A stretch of 64,000 nucleotides of DNA from an uncultured Pseudomonadales bacterium (GTDB taxonomy: Bacteria > Patescibacteriota > Microgenomatia > UBA1400 > MFAQ01), in contig CAYTOI010000001.1 in the NCBI GenBank assembly GCA_964439805.1, positions 3,573 through 67,572 on the forward strand, in the 5' to 3' direction. The position numbers and the translations under genes are program-made. Numbering within the stretch: the first letter of the stretch is position 1; the number at the start of each line of letters is the position of its first letter. Below are positions 39,429 to 47,962 of the stretch, in pieces. The notes below the pieces were generated by a model. It had not been told where the DNA came from. It ran no database searches and saw only the letters and a list, made by a program, of their open reading frames with translations.

Positions 39429-39932
39429 TTATTTTACCCCCAAAAAACCTTTAATAATCAAATTTTCTGCCTCAGCTCTGTTTATCCCCCTTGTCTCCAA
39501 ATAAAACAATTGGTCCTCATCTATTCTCCCTACGCTAGCCGAATGACTTGCTTTAACTTCATTATTTAATATCTCTAGTTCCGGCTCAGCTACCGCCATA
39601 CTTTTATCATCAAGTAGTAGTAGCTTCATCGACAAAAAACTATCACTTTGTTTTGCCCCTTCTGCAATTTTCACCAATCCCTTAATTTTTACCCTTGCTC
39701 CACCTCTTACCACCCCTTTTACATCAACTCTGCACTTTGTTTTCCCTACTTTGTGTTCGGACAAAAGATTGATTACATAGTCCCCCTCAGTCTCTGCCAC
39801 AACAACACCAAGTAGCTCTTTCTCTTCCCCTTTGTCATTCATAACCACTTTAAAGTCATAGACCCCAGGTCTTTCAATTACAAACCTCTCAATATCTTGA
39901 GTTCTTGAGTTTTGGAAGTTTTGAGTTTTCAT
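39429..39932 (-). CDS. SufD-like Fe-S assembly protein (short, C-terminal region only); N-terminus made of octamer repeat
   Basis: 167 aa; C-terminal DEDQLFYLETRGINRAEAENLIIKGF matches SufB/SufD C-terminal signature; starts MKTQNFQNSRTQD. Confidence 0.55.
   Translation of the reverse strand: MKTQNFQNSRTQDIERFVIERPGVYDFKVVMNDKGEEKELLGVVVAETEGDYVINLLSEHKVGKTKCRVDVKGVVRGGARVKIKGLVKIAEGAKQSDSFLSMKLLLLDDKSMAVAEPELEILNNEVKASHSASVGRIDEDQLFYLETRGINRAEAENLIIKGFLGVK
39896..39932. repeat. octamer-repeat tract spanning the sufD-like start codon
   Basis: cttgagttcttgagttttggaagttttgagttttcat. Confidence 0.7.
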
Positions 39933-39934
39933 TT

Positions 39935-41365
39935 TTATCCCACACTCCCTTCCATCTCCATATTAATAAGCCTATTCATTTCTATAGCGTACTCAAAAGG
40001 AACTTCCTTCATTACCGGATCCAAAAATCCGTTAACTATCATGCCTTCCGCTTCGTGTTCAGAAAGTCCTCGAGACATTAAATAAAACAGTTGTTCTTCA
40101 GAAATTCTACTTACCACCGCCTCGTGCTCCAAAATCGACTGGCTCTCCATAATTTTATTTGTAGGGTAAGTGTCAGATCGAGACAGTTCGTCCAGTATCA
40201 GCGCGTCACAAACCACTTTAGATCGCGCATTGGTTGCTCCCTTAGCAATATGAACCAAGCCTCTATAAGTAGATCTTCCCCCATTTTTACTAATCGACTT
40301 GGATAAAATTTGTGAAGTTGTTTCTGGAGCCAGATGAATCATTTTTGCCCCAGTATCTTGATGCTGATCTGCTCCAGCCCAAGCGATAGAAAGAATTTCT
40401 CCTCTAGCTTTTCTACCCGCCAGAATACAAGCCGGATACTTCATCGTTAGCTTGCTTCCCAAATTTCCATCTATCCATCTCATCTCACCTTCTTCTTCCA
40501 CATAAGCTCTTTTGGTAACCAAGTTGTAAACATTTTTATACCAATTCTGAACTGTGGTGTACTGAACCTTAGCCCCTTTCTTTACAAATATTTCTACCAC
40601 AGCAGCGTGAAGTGATCCAGAAGAATATGCGGGAGCAGAACAACCCTCTATGTAATGGAGCTTACTCCCCTCATCGGCAATGATTAAAGTTCTCTCAAAC
40701 TGACCAGCGTTTTCACTATTTATTCTAAAATATGTTTGCAAAGGAAGACCAACATCAACTCCTTTGGGAACATAAATAAAAGACCCTCCAGACCAAGCGG
40801 CCGTATTCAAAGCAGCAAGTTTATTGTCTCCCATCGGAATTACTTTTCCAAAATATTCTTTTACCAACTCTGGGTATTGTTTCAACCCCTCATCCATTCC
40901 CAAAAATACTACCCCTTTTTTTGAAAGGTTAGCTTTTAGCGAGCCATATATAACCTCGGAATCATACTGACTCTTAACTCCAGCCAAAGCTTCTCTCTCG
41001 GCTTGTGGCACACCAATCTTTTCAAATGTTGCTTTTATCTCTGCGGGTACATCGTCCCAAGTTTTTCCGGCATGATCCAAGGGCTTCAAATAATAAAATA
41101 TGTTTTGAAAATCTATTGCCGACATATCCCCACCCCAAGTAGGCATTGGTTTTTCAAAAAATATCTTTAAGGCTTTAAGTCGCAGATTAAGCATCCATTC
41201 TGGTTCATTCTTCATCGCCGAAATCTCCCTTATTCTGGCTTCATCAACACCTTTAGTAGAGCGATATGAATACTCAAAATCATCAGTGTGTCCAAGAGAA
41301 TAAGAGTCGCCAATTCCCCCAATATTATTCGCCTCTTCAATTTTCTTTTTGGCAAACCTACTCAT
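39935..41365 (-). CDS. sufB: Fe-S cluster assembly protein SufB
   Basis: 476 aa; SufB-specific N-terminal region and C-terminal [25 protein letters not shown]. Confidence 0.85.
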   Translation of the reverse strand: MSRFAKKKIEEANNIGGIGDSYSLGHTDDFEYSYRSTKGVDEARIREISAMKNEPEWMLNLRLKALKIFFEKPMPTWGGDMSAIDFQNIFYYLKPLDHAGKTWDDVPAEIKATFEKIGVPQAEREALAGVKSQYDSEVIYGSLKANLSKKGVVFLGMDEGLKQYPELVKEYFGKVIPMGDNKLAALNTAAWSGGSFIYVPKGVDVGLPLQTYFRINSENAGQFERTLIIADEGSKLHYIEGCSAPAYSSGSLHAAVVEIFVKKGAKVQYTTVQNWYKNVYNLVTKRAYVEEEGEMRWIDGNLGSKLTMKYPACILAGRKARGEILSIAWAGADQHQDTGAKMIHLAPETTSQILSKSISKNGGRSTYRGLVHIAKGATNARSKVVCDALILDELSRSDTYPTNKIMESQSILEHEAVVSRISEEQLFYLMSRGLSEHEAEGMIVNGFLDPVMKEVPFEYAIEMNRLINMEMEGSVG

Positions 41366-42107
41366 ATTTTTTATATCCAGTTTTTCCCAAACTATCTATT
41401 AATTCAGCGCCACCCTCATCAACCACCAGACCTTTCTTCAAAACCACCACCTTATCAACATTCACCAAGTTCAACATTTTTTGGTAATGAGTAATAAGTA
41501 TCACGGTCATTCCAATTTCTTTGCTAAGTTTATTAATTTCTTCAGCCACCAAATTAAGAGCATCTAGATCCAACCCACTATCTGTCTCATCCAATATAGC
41601 CATTTTTGGTTTTAAGACTCTCATTTGCAAAATCTCAATCTTCTTCTTTTCACCACCACTAAACCCCTCATTTATTCCACGAGTCAGCAAATCATCACTA
41701 ACTCTAAGCTCCTTGGCAATCGCCTCTACTTGTCTCTTAACATCTATCGCTTTGACAATCTCTCCTTTTGCTCTAAGAGAAGCGACTAGTAATTCTTTTA
41801 CTGTCACTCCAGGGACCGAAACTGGATATTGAAAAGCCATAAAGACTCCCTCTTTTGCTCTCTCGTCAGGGGTCATCTCGTTTATTTTTTTACCCATCCA
41901 AAAAATTTCTCCTGATGTTATTTCATAGGCTGGGTTTCCCATTATGGTATTGGATAGAGATGATTTTCCTGAACCATTTGGACCCATCAAGGCTACAATC
42001 TTTCCTGCCTCAATCTCCAAATTTATCCCATTCAATATTTCTTTCCCCTCAACCTTCACCTTTAAATTCTTAATTATCAGTAAATCATTATCTTGAGTTC
42101 TTTTCAT
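41358..42107 (-). CDS. sufC: Fe-S cluster assembly ATPase SufC
   Basis: 249 aa; Walker [14 protein letters not shown] signature LSGGEKKK, Walker [11 protein letters not shown]; starts MKRTQDND derived from octamer repeat. Confidence 0.9.
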   Translation of the reverse strand: MKRTQDNDLLIIKNLKVKVEGKEILNGINLEIEAGKIVALMGPNGSGKSSLSNTIMGNPAYEITSGEIFWMGKKINEMTPDERAKEGVFMAFQYPVSVPGVTVKELLVASLRAKGEIVKAIDVKRQVEAIAKELRVSDDLLTRGINEGFSGGEKKKIEILQMRVLKPKMAILDETDSGLDLDALNLVAEEINKLSKEIGMTVILITHYQKMLNLVNVDKVVVLKKGLVVDEGGAELIDSLGKTGYKKYE

Positions 42108-42139
42108 AATTTTGAGTTTTTGATTTTAGAGTTTTTTAC
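42092..42139. repeat. octamer-repeat-like tract spanning sufC start codon and 5' leader
   Basis: cttgagttcttttcataattttgagtttttgattttagagtttttt. Confidence 0.55.
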
Positions 42140-42522
42140 TTAATCAAGTCTTCCAATGTGTATTTATCCAATACTTTATTAATATCCTCAGTCAACCTTC
42201 CCATAAAATCCTGCTGAGTACAATCTCCCTCAACTGGACAACCTCCACAACAAACCGGTTCTACTTCACCCTCAATAGCCTCTAGAGCCTCTCTAATCTG
42301 GATCTCTTTGGGATCATAGTTCAAAGCAAATCCACCACCCTTACCCTCTTTGGAGTTCAAAATACCCGCTTCGATAAGTGGAGTGGCAATCTTAGCCATA
42401 AATGCCCTAGGCATGCCTAAATCAGCCAGATCCTTAAGGGACACACGACCTCCTCGGCCTTTTTCAGCCAGTATTGATAGCAAAGATAGTCCGTAATCAG
42501 CCCGTTTGGTAAGTGTAAACAT
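42136..42522 (-). CDS. Rrf2-family transcriptional regulator (IscR/SufR-like) with Cys cluster
   Basis: 128 aa; wHTH N-terminus, CCGGCPVEGDC cluster; leads suf operon. Confidence 0.8.
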   Translation of the reverse strand: MFTLTKRADYGLSLLSILAEKGRGGRVSLKDLADLGMPRAFMAKIATPLIEAGILNSKEGKGGGFALNYDPKEIQIREALEAIEGEVEPVCCGGCPVEGDCTQQDFMGRLTEDINKVLDKYTLEDLIK

Positions 42523-42563
42523 ATACTTGGACTATTATACTCCAAGTATCTTCAGGATTCAAT

Positions 42564-43202
42564 CTAAAACAACCCCATCTGCATTTCGGCAGGTTTTTCT
42601 TCCGCTACTATCTCTGGATAAGAAAAATCTACCACTATCTCCCTATACTCATTCCATCTGTCTTTGAACTTCAACATTTTATTCTTCATGGCAAAGTCAT
42701 AAACTTTTGTAGTCACTTCCACGTCCATTTCGCAATATTTTTTCAAATTAGCAAGACTAGCTGGGTCTCCCATATTCCACCACTTAACCGCATCCAATCC
42801 ACCAGCAATCTTCCCCGCCCCAATTGTCTCTTTTGCCACACTATCCAGTTTTACCCTATGACCAAACACTTTTCTTATCTCTTCCAAAATATCAAAGTGT
42901 TTCAACTTAGCAAAATCCCCTCTTGTATAAACCCCATTCATTGCCGGATTATCAAAACCAAAGGAGTTGTAGCCAATAATTCTGTCTGCCTCTTCAAACC
43001 AACTCCACATATTTTCAAAATCACTTTCCCAAAAACTTTTCATTTCTCCAGAAATTTCATTCCCGTTTTCATCCACAACTCTCCTGTAAGCAGAAACTAT
43101 TGAAATCCCTAAGTCAGCAGGGTTATTTGTACTAATATCATCAAATATTTTCTTTGTCTCAATGTCGTAAATGACCTCAACCTTATTTCCTTTATTTGCC
43201 AT
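42564..43202 (-). CDS. DnaQ-like (DEDD) 3'-5' exonuclease domain protein
   Basis: 212 aa; exo motifs IYDIET, GYNSFGFD, YCEMDV. Confidence 0.5.
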   Translation of the reverse strand: MANKGNKVEVIYDIETKKIFDDISTNNPADLGISIVSAYRRVVDENGNEISGEMKSFWESDFENMWSWFEEADRIIGYNSFGFDNPAMNGVYTRGDFAKLKHFDILEEIRKVFGHRVKLDSVAKETIGAGKIAGGLDAVKWWNMGDPASLANLKKYCEMDVEVTTKVYDFAMKNKMLKFKDRWNEYREIVVDFSYPEIVAEEKPAEMQMGLF

Positions 43203-43237
43203 AAGAAATATATTAAACCATCAAACCTATTTTATTT

Positions 43238-43753
43238 CTATCTCCCCTCCCACTTATGCATCTCTTTTTTTACATATCTACCCAAAAACCAAACACCAAC
43301 ACCAGCCAATACTCCGTATAGAATATTTTCCCATGTCCCAGTTTCAGGCAATGTAGTTTCTGCTGTTGTAGTGGTGATAGCTGCTGAGATAGACGCTGTA
43401 GGGGTTACTGTGGCACTATAACGAATAGTAAAAATAATCGATTGTGTTCCAGATGTAATGGTTATCAAATTATCACCCGCGTTTAATGCTGCAGGAGTAA
43501 AGGTCCAAATTCCACTTGTTGTTGCTGCAATAGTATTACTAGTAGTCGAATTTACTTTTACACTCACCGTAGCAGCTGGAGTAGCCGTACCCTCCAAAGA
43601 AGGAACCGCTCCCACATAACTCACTAATGTGTAATCGGCACCTATTGTAGACAAAGTTCCTATCTTCGTTAGGGTCAAATCATATGCCCAAACCACCCCT
43701 ACCGTTCCCAAGAAAACAATTGCGGTAAAAATATAAAATAAATATTTTTTCAT
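43238..43753 (-). CDS. LPXTG-anchored surface protein
   Basis: 171 aa; signal peptide; Thr/Ala-rich body; C-terminal LPETG + hydrophobic stretch + RYVKKEMHKWEGR tail. Confidence 0.6.
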   Translation of the reverse strand: MKKYLFYIFTAIVFLGTVGVVWAYDLTLTKIGTLSTIGADYTLVSYVGAVPSLEGTATPAATVSVKVNSTTSNTIAATTSGIWTFTPAALNAGDNLITITSGTQSIIFTIRYSATVTPTASISAAITTTTAETTLPETGTWENILYGVLAGVGVWFLGRYVKKEMHKWEGR

Positions 43754-43763
43754 CTACTATTAT

Positions 43764-45158
43764 TTATAACTCAATTTGCATATTTAAGTTTGGCATTATT
43801 ACATCGATGTCGCCCAATTCGTTTTTAATCTTTTCTTTCAATACAAGCCTTGGCAAATCTTCACCATGAATCAAAACCACCTTCTTTAACCCCTTTATTT
43901 TGCCAACCCAAGACATCAATTGTTCTTGGTCAGCGTGTGAGCTCATGCTCTTTATTTCCTCCACCTGAGCCCTTACCTCAATATGATTTCCCCAAATATT
44001 AATATTTTTCTCACCATCTTTAATTTGTCTTCCAAGTGTGCCGACCGCCTGATAACCCACAAAAACAATTATAGTTTTTGGGTCTTCCAAGTAGTTTATT
44101 GCGTGATGAATTATTCTCCCCCCTGTCATCATTCCACTTCCAGCCACAATTACTTTGGTGCCTGAATAGTTTTTTATTTGTTTACTCTTTTCTACAGTGT
44201 CACATACCACTAGTCCAGGAAAATCAAATGGATCATCAGTTTTTACCTGATCCTTTAATTTTTTACTAAAAAACTCTGGGTAATCTTTAAATATTTCTGT
44301 TGCCTTTATAGCCATCGGAGAATCCAAAAACACCGGTGTATCTTCTCTTATCTCCTTTTGTTTTTTCAGCTGGTCAAACAAATACAAAACTTCTTGAGCT
44401 CTTTCTATAGAAAAGGTAGGTATCATTACCACTCCACCCACTCGCTCCGCTTCTTGGACAATCTCCGCAATCCTTTCTGCTTCATTTCTAACTCCATGGA
44501 CCTCATCCCCATAAGTCGACTCTAGTAAAGTGAAATCTGCTTCTTTGAAGGTTTCTGTTGGGAGTAGTAATGGCTCTGGAGTATTTCCCAGGTCACCACA
44601 AAAAACAATTTTTTTACCACTAGAAATTTCTTCTACCAAAATACTACTAGAACCTATTATGTGCCCCGCATCATACATAGTTAATCTAAAGTCCCCTACC
44701 GTAAAAGGCACATGATAATCCACTATTTGAACTTTTTTCAAAAAACTCTGAACATCATCTTCTGTGTACAAAGTGTCAGTAGCATCTTCTGCTGCAATTT
44801 TCGCTGAGTCCATCAAAACCAATTCTGTTAAGGCTTTTGTAGGGGCGTTCATAAAAACAGGCCCATCAAATCCATACCTGACCAATGTCGGAAGTCTTCC
44901 ACAGTGATCCAAGTGCGCATGAGTAAGAACAACAGCATTTAAACTCCCAAAATCAATCTCTGGTTTTGCAAAATTTAATTTATCATCCTCCTTTAATCCC
45001 TGAAACATTCCACAATCCACCATTATTCCCGTACTCTTTCCGGTAAGTAAATAACAAGAACCAGTTACTGTCCCCGCTGCACCCAAAAACTTTAGTTTCA
45101 TATCATCCAGTGTATCAGAATGAGCCTCGTCATTGCGAGGAACGAAGTGACGTGGCAA
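43764..45158 (-). CDS. metallo-beta-lactamase/beta-CASP family ribonuclease (RNase J/CPSF-like)
   Basis: HAHLDHCG (HxHxDH) motif, beta-CASP motifs downstream; true start probably internal Met MKLKFLGAAG. Confidence 0.7.
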   Translation of the reverse strand: MPRHFVPRNDEAHSDTLDDMKLKFLGAAGTVTGSCYLLTGKSTGIMVDCGMFQGLKEDDKLNFAKPEIDFGSLNAVVLTHAHLDHCGRLPTLVRYGFDGPVFMNAPTKALTELVLMDSAKIAAEDATDTLYTEDDVQSFLKKVQIVDYHVPFTVGDFRLTMYDAGHIIGSSSILVEEISSGKKIVFCGDLGNTPEPLLLPTETFKEADFTLLESTYGDEVHGVRNEAERIAEIVQEAERVGGVVMIPTFSIERAQEVLYLFDQLKKQKEIREDTPVFLDSPMAIKATEIFKDYPEFFSKKLKDQVKTDDPFDFPGLVVCDTVEKSKQIKNYSGTKVIVAGSGMMTGGRIIHHAINYLEDPKTIIVFVGYQAVGTLGRQIKDGEKNINIWGNHIEVRAQVEEIKSMSSHADQEQLMSWVGKIKGLKKVVLIHGEDLPRLVLKEKIKNELGDIDVIMPNLNMQIEL

Positions 45159-45181
45159 TCTAAATATAATAGAATGGAGTC

Positions 45182-45934
45182 ATGACCTGCCCTCAATGCT
45201 CACAAACCCTGAGCACTCTAGAAATCTACACCACTGATGGTAAAGACAAAATAATTGAAGAATGCCTAAATTGTGGAGGTCATTTTTTGGAAAACTACTT
45301 AGTAAATTTCATATCAGTAGAGACAGCGAGAAACATTGACTCTGTTCTCCCAAAAACAAAAAACCAAAGTATTGGCGACATAAAATGCCACAAGTGTGGG
45401 CAACAAATGTTTGCCATTTCAGAAGAACTACCCAATACTGTTACCGCCTACAACTGCCCAAATGGACACGGTGACTTTTTCCCTAAAGACCAACTCCTAC
45501 TTTTCAAAAAAGCTCAAGAAGCAAAAATTAACTATCATAAGCTTTGGGGCATACCTATTAAAACCGTTTTTGCTGTAATTATTCCTCTTTTTATTGTTTT
45601 TTCCTCAGTTACCATCTTACCTTCGGTAGTAAAAGAACTAAACAAAAACCAAGACGAAAGAGTCAAAGCATCAGAAATTTTAACTACTCCACTTATCACC
45701 CCGCTGTCTGATTCTGAAGTTTTAATTTCTTTTTCTACAATCAATTTGGTTGCTACCGACATTATTTTTACAAGCGGAATGCAAAAAACCTTAACCGTTT
45801 CAGCCAAGCCAGACAAAAACCATCTTGTGGGTGTAAAATATCTTCCTCCAACCACCACCTTTAAATACATGATTGTCATAGACCCCAAAGGCAAAAACAT
45901 CAGAACTTCCGAATACACCTTCTCCACCCCCTAA
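45182..45934 (+). CDS. hypothetical zinc-ribbon membrane protein
   Basis: 250 aa; two CxxC pairs N-terminal, one TM, extracytoplasmic C-terminal domain. Confidence 0.4.
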   Translation: MTCPQCSQTLSTLEIYTTDGKDKIIEECLNCGGHFLENYLVNFISVETARNIDSVLPKTKNQSIGDIKCHKCGQQMFAISEELPNTVTAYNCPNGHGDFFPKDQLLLFKKAQEAKINYHKLWGIPIKTVFAVIIPLFIVFSSVTILPSVVKELNKNQDERVKASEILTTPLITPLSDSEVLISFSTINLVATDIIFTSGMQKTLTVSAKPDKNHLVGVKYLPPTTTFKYMIVIDPKGKNIRTSEYTFSTP

Positions 45935-45963
45935 AAAACTAATTTGCTGAATTATTTTCATTA

Positions 45964-45999
45964 TTTTGAGTTTTTGAGTTCTTGAGTTCTTGAGTTTTT
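45964..45999. repeat. octamer-repeat tract in 5' leader immediately upstream of prmC start
   Basis: ttttgagtttttgagttcttgagttcttgagttttt then ATG at 46000. Confidence 0.75.
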
Positions 46000-46773
46000 A
46001 TGCAATATAATTCCCTCATGCCCAAACGAGTCCTCACCCCCTACGAAAAAAACATTCTTACCAAAAATCATTTCGATTTAAGTGACCCCCTGCTACAAAC
46101 AGACATCCCCGTAGAATATCTTGTCGGCAAAGCTGAGTTTCGAGGTAATGACTTTTTTGTCACAAAAGACACCTTAATTCCCAGAATCGAGACCGAACAA
46201 CTGGTAGATTTAGCTCTCGACAATATTATTAAAAACTTCCCTCCTGACAAAAAAATAATCATTACTGATCTTTGCACTGGCTCTGGCTGCGTAGGTATTT
46301 CACTTGCTCTAGAACTCCTCAAAAAAAACTACAATTTTCATATTTATTTTTCTGATATTTCTTCAAATGCTTTGCAAGTAGCCAAAAAAAACTTTGAACA
46401 TTTATTACCCAATCATCAAGAACTGGCAACATTTATTGAGTCGGATCTTTTTGCTAGTTTTCCTGAAAACGTTAATATCGACTTGGTAGTCGCAAACCCC
46501 CCATACATCCCCTCTCAAAGAATAAAAACACTAGATAATTCTGTTAAAGATTACGAACCCATAATTGCCTTGGACGGCGGTGTAGACGGACTATCTTTAA
46601 TAAATAAAATTGTTACTGATTTACCAAAAATTCAAAACAACAAAGTCAATGCCATTTTGGAAATTGACGAAAAACACAACCTTAAAGCCATTAAAAAAAG
46701 TGAAGGGTTAAACCCTTCACTAATTAAAGACTCTTTCGGTAATAACCGATTTCTATCTCTTCTTTTTCTTTAA
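46000..46773 (+). CDS. prmC: release factor glutamine methyltransferase PrmC/HemK family
   Basis: 257 aa; NPPY motif VVANPPYIP; SAM-binding DLCTGSGCVG. Confidence 0.8.
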   Translation: MQYNSLMPKRVLTPYEKNILTKNHFDLSDPLLQTDIPVEYLVGKAEFRGNDFFVTKDTLIPRIETEQLVDLALDNIIKNFPPDKKIIITDLCTGSGCVGISLALELLKKNYNFHIYFSDISSNALQVAKKNFEHLLPNHQELATFIESDLFASFPENVNIDLVVANPPYIPSQRIKTLDNSVKDYEPIIALDGGVDGLSLINKIVTDLPKIQNNKVNAILEIDEKHNLKAIKKSEGLNPSLIKDSFGNNRFLSLLFL

Positions 46774-46977
46774 GACTTTCTTCTTGGTTTTTGCAACCTG
46801 TGTTTTCACTTTTGCTACTCCAGCTTTACCTTTTTTTACTACTTTTTTTACTTCACTAACTACTTTATTTCTATTTTCTTTATCGGAAAGAAACATTCCC
46901 GCGACTCCAGCAACGACACCTACTACGGCGGCGCCTACAGCGGCAAACAGATTCATGTTATTTTTTTTGGCAGACAT
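46753..46977 (-). CDS. small Lys-rich hypothetical protein with N-terminal hydrophobic segment
   Basis: 74 aa ORF; low complexity. Confidence 0.3.
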   Translation of the reverse strand: MSAKKNNMNLFAAVGAAVVGVVAGVAGMFLSDKENRNKVVSEVKKVVKKGKAGVAKVKTQVAKTKKKVLKKKKR

Positions 46978-47042
46978 TTTTTCTTGCTAACTTTTAATAA
47001 TTTCATTATGACACAAAATACTTTTCTCTGCAAAATCAGGCC

Positions 47043-47073
47043 AAAAAAAGTCCCCCTACCGAAGTAGAGGGAC
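47043..47073 (-). terminator. intrinsic terminator closing the GC-rich island operon
   Basis: Minus strand reads GTCCCTCTAC-TTCG-GTAGGGGGAC followed by TTTTTTTGG, 13 nt after vWA stop. Confidence 0.6.
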
Positions 47074-47085
47074 GAAACACTAAGA

Positions 47086-47910
47086 CTAAATATTTGTAAA
47101 GAAATTGGAATTAACGGGTGCCTGCTGGTTTTGCATTCCCTGGGACTTCGCACCCATACTGGAGCTTACCAACATAAGAGCACGCGTAATGCCGCCCATC
47201 GACCTTTCAACTGTAACAATGTTTCCGTCAGGAATTCCAGCATCTAGTGCCACCTGACGAAAATCTGTTTCATTACCAATGCCTACAAAAGCTATTGTAA
47301 AGTGAGGCTTGCTGTTAAGTTCGCCTAACAGACGACGTACGTCATCATTGGTCCGAACCGCGACAATGTTGGGGTGATATTCACGACCATCCGAGAGGAT
47401 CACTGTTACTTCCTGAACCCCAGTCGCCCCGTAGCTAAAAGCTGAAGCACCAAAGGTTGAGGTCGCTATGACACCGTCATAAATGCCTTCATAAAGTGGC
47501 GTCCAACCATCAGGAATATAATCCACAGATGTTAGCTTTTGGCAATCCTGAACATGAACAAAATCGCGGATAACGCGAACATTTTTCATTCCACTCAAAA
47601 TACTAAAAACGGTAATCCGCACATAAATCTCTTGCCCCGTCTTTTTTCTCATCTTTTCAATATCTTCAAGCATCGCATTTACAGCATTGATCACCACATC
47701 TTCATAGCCAGACAACGATCCTGTAACATCAATCACCAAATTGAAAACCAAAGGAAGCATCGACTCCATAAGAGGAATTTGAACCCCAATAGTTTTTGGT
47801 ATGCCACTGCCGTGTAAATTTGCAAGCAATGTTTGCGATGATGCTGGAGTCAAATGTCCACTTGCTGCAGCCTGTTGAATAGCCAAAGAAACTTGATCTT
47901 GATCGCTCAT
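47086..47910 (-). CDS. von Willebrand factor A domain protein (TerY-like)
   Basis: 274 aa; MIDAS-type DVTGSLSG motif; Rossmann-like alternating pattern; GC-rich island. Confidence 0.65.
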   Translation of the reverse strand: MSDQDQVSLAIQQAAASGHLTPASSQTLLANLHGSGIPKTIGVQIPLMESMLPLVFNLVIDVTGSLSGYEDVVINAVNAMLEDIEKMRKKTGQEIYVRITVFSILSGMKNVRVIRDFVHVQDCQKLTSVDYIPDGWTPLYEGIYDGVIATSTFGASAFSYGATGVQEVTVILSDGREYHPNIVAVRTNDDVRRLLGELNSKPHFTIAFVGIGNETDFRQVALDAGIPDGNIVTVERSMGGITRALMLVSSSMGAKSQGMQNQQAPVNSNFFTNI

Positions 47911-47962
47911 GTTAATCTCCTTTTTATTGGGAGAGAATCAGATTCTCTCCCAAAAATAGTTT

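Noticed and set aside
1063-45999. CRISPR array explanation for the CTTGAGTT repeats
   Set aside because: Repeat unit is 8 nt with no spacers, tracts are 24-36 nt, dispersed and mostly inside ORFs. This is a tandem microsatellite-like element, not CRISPR.
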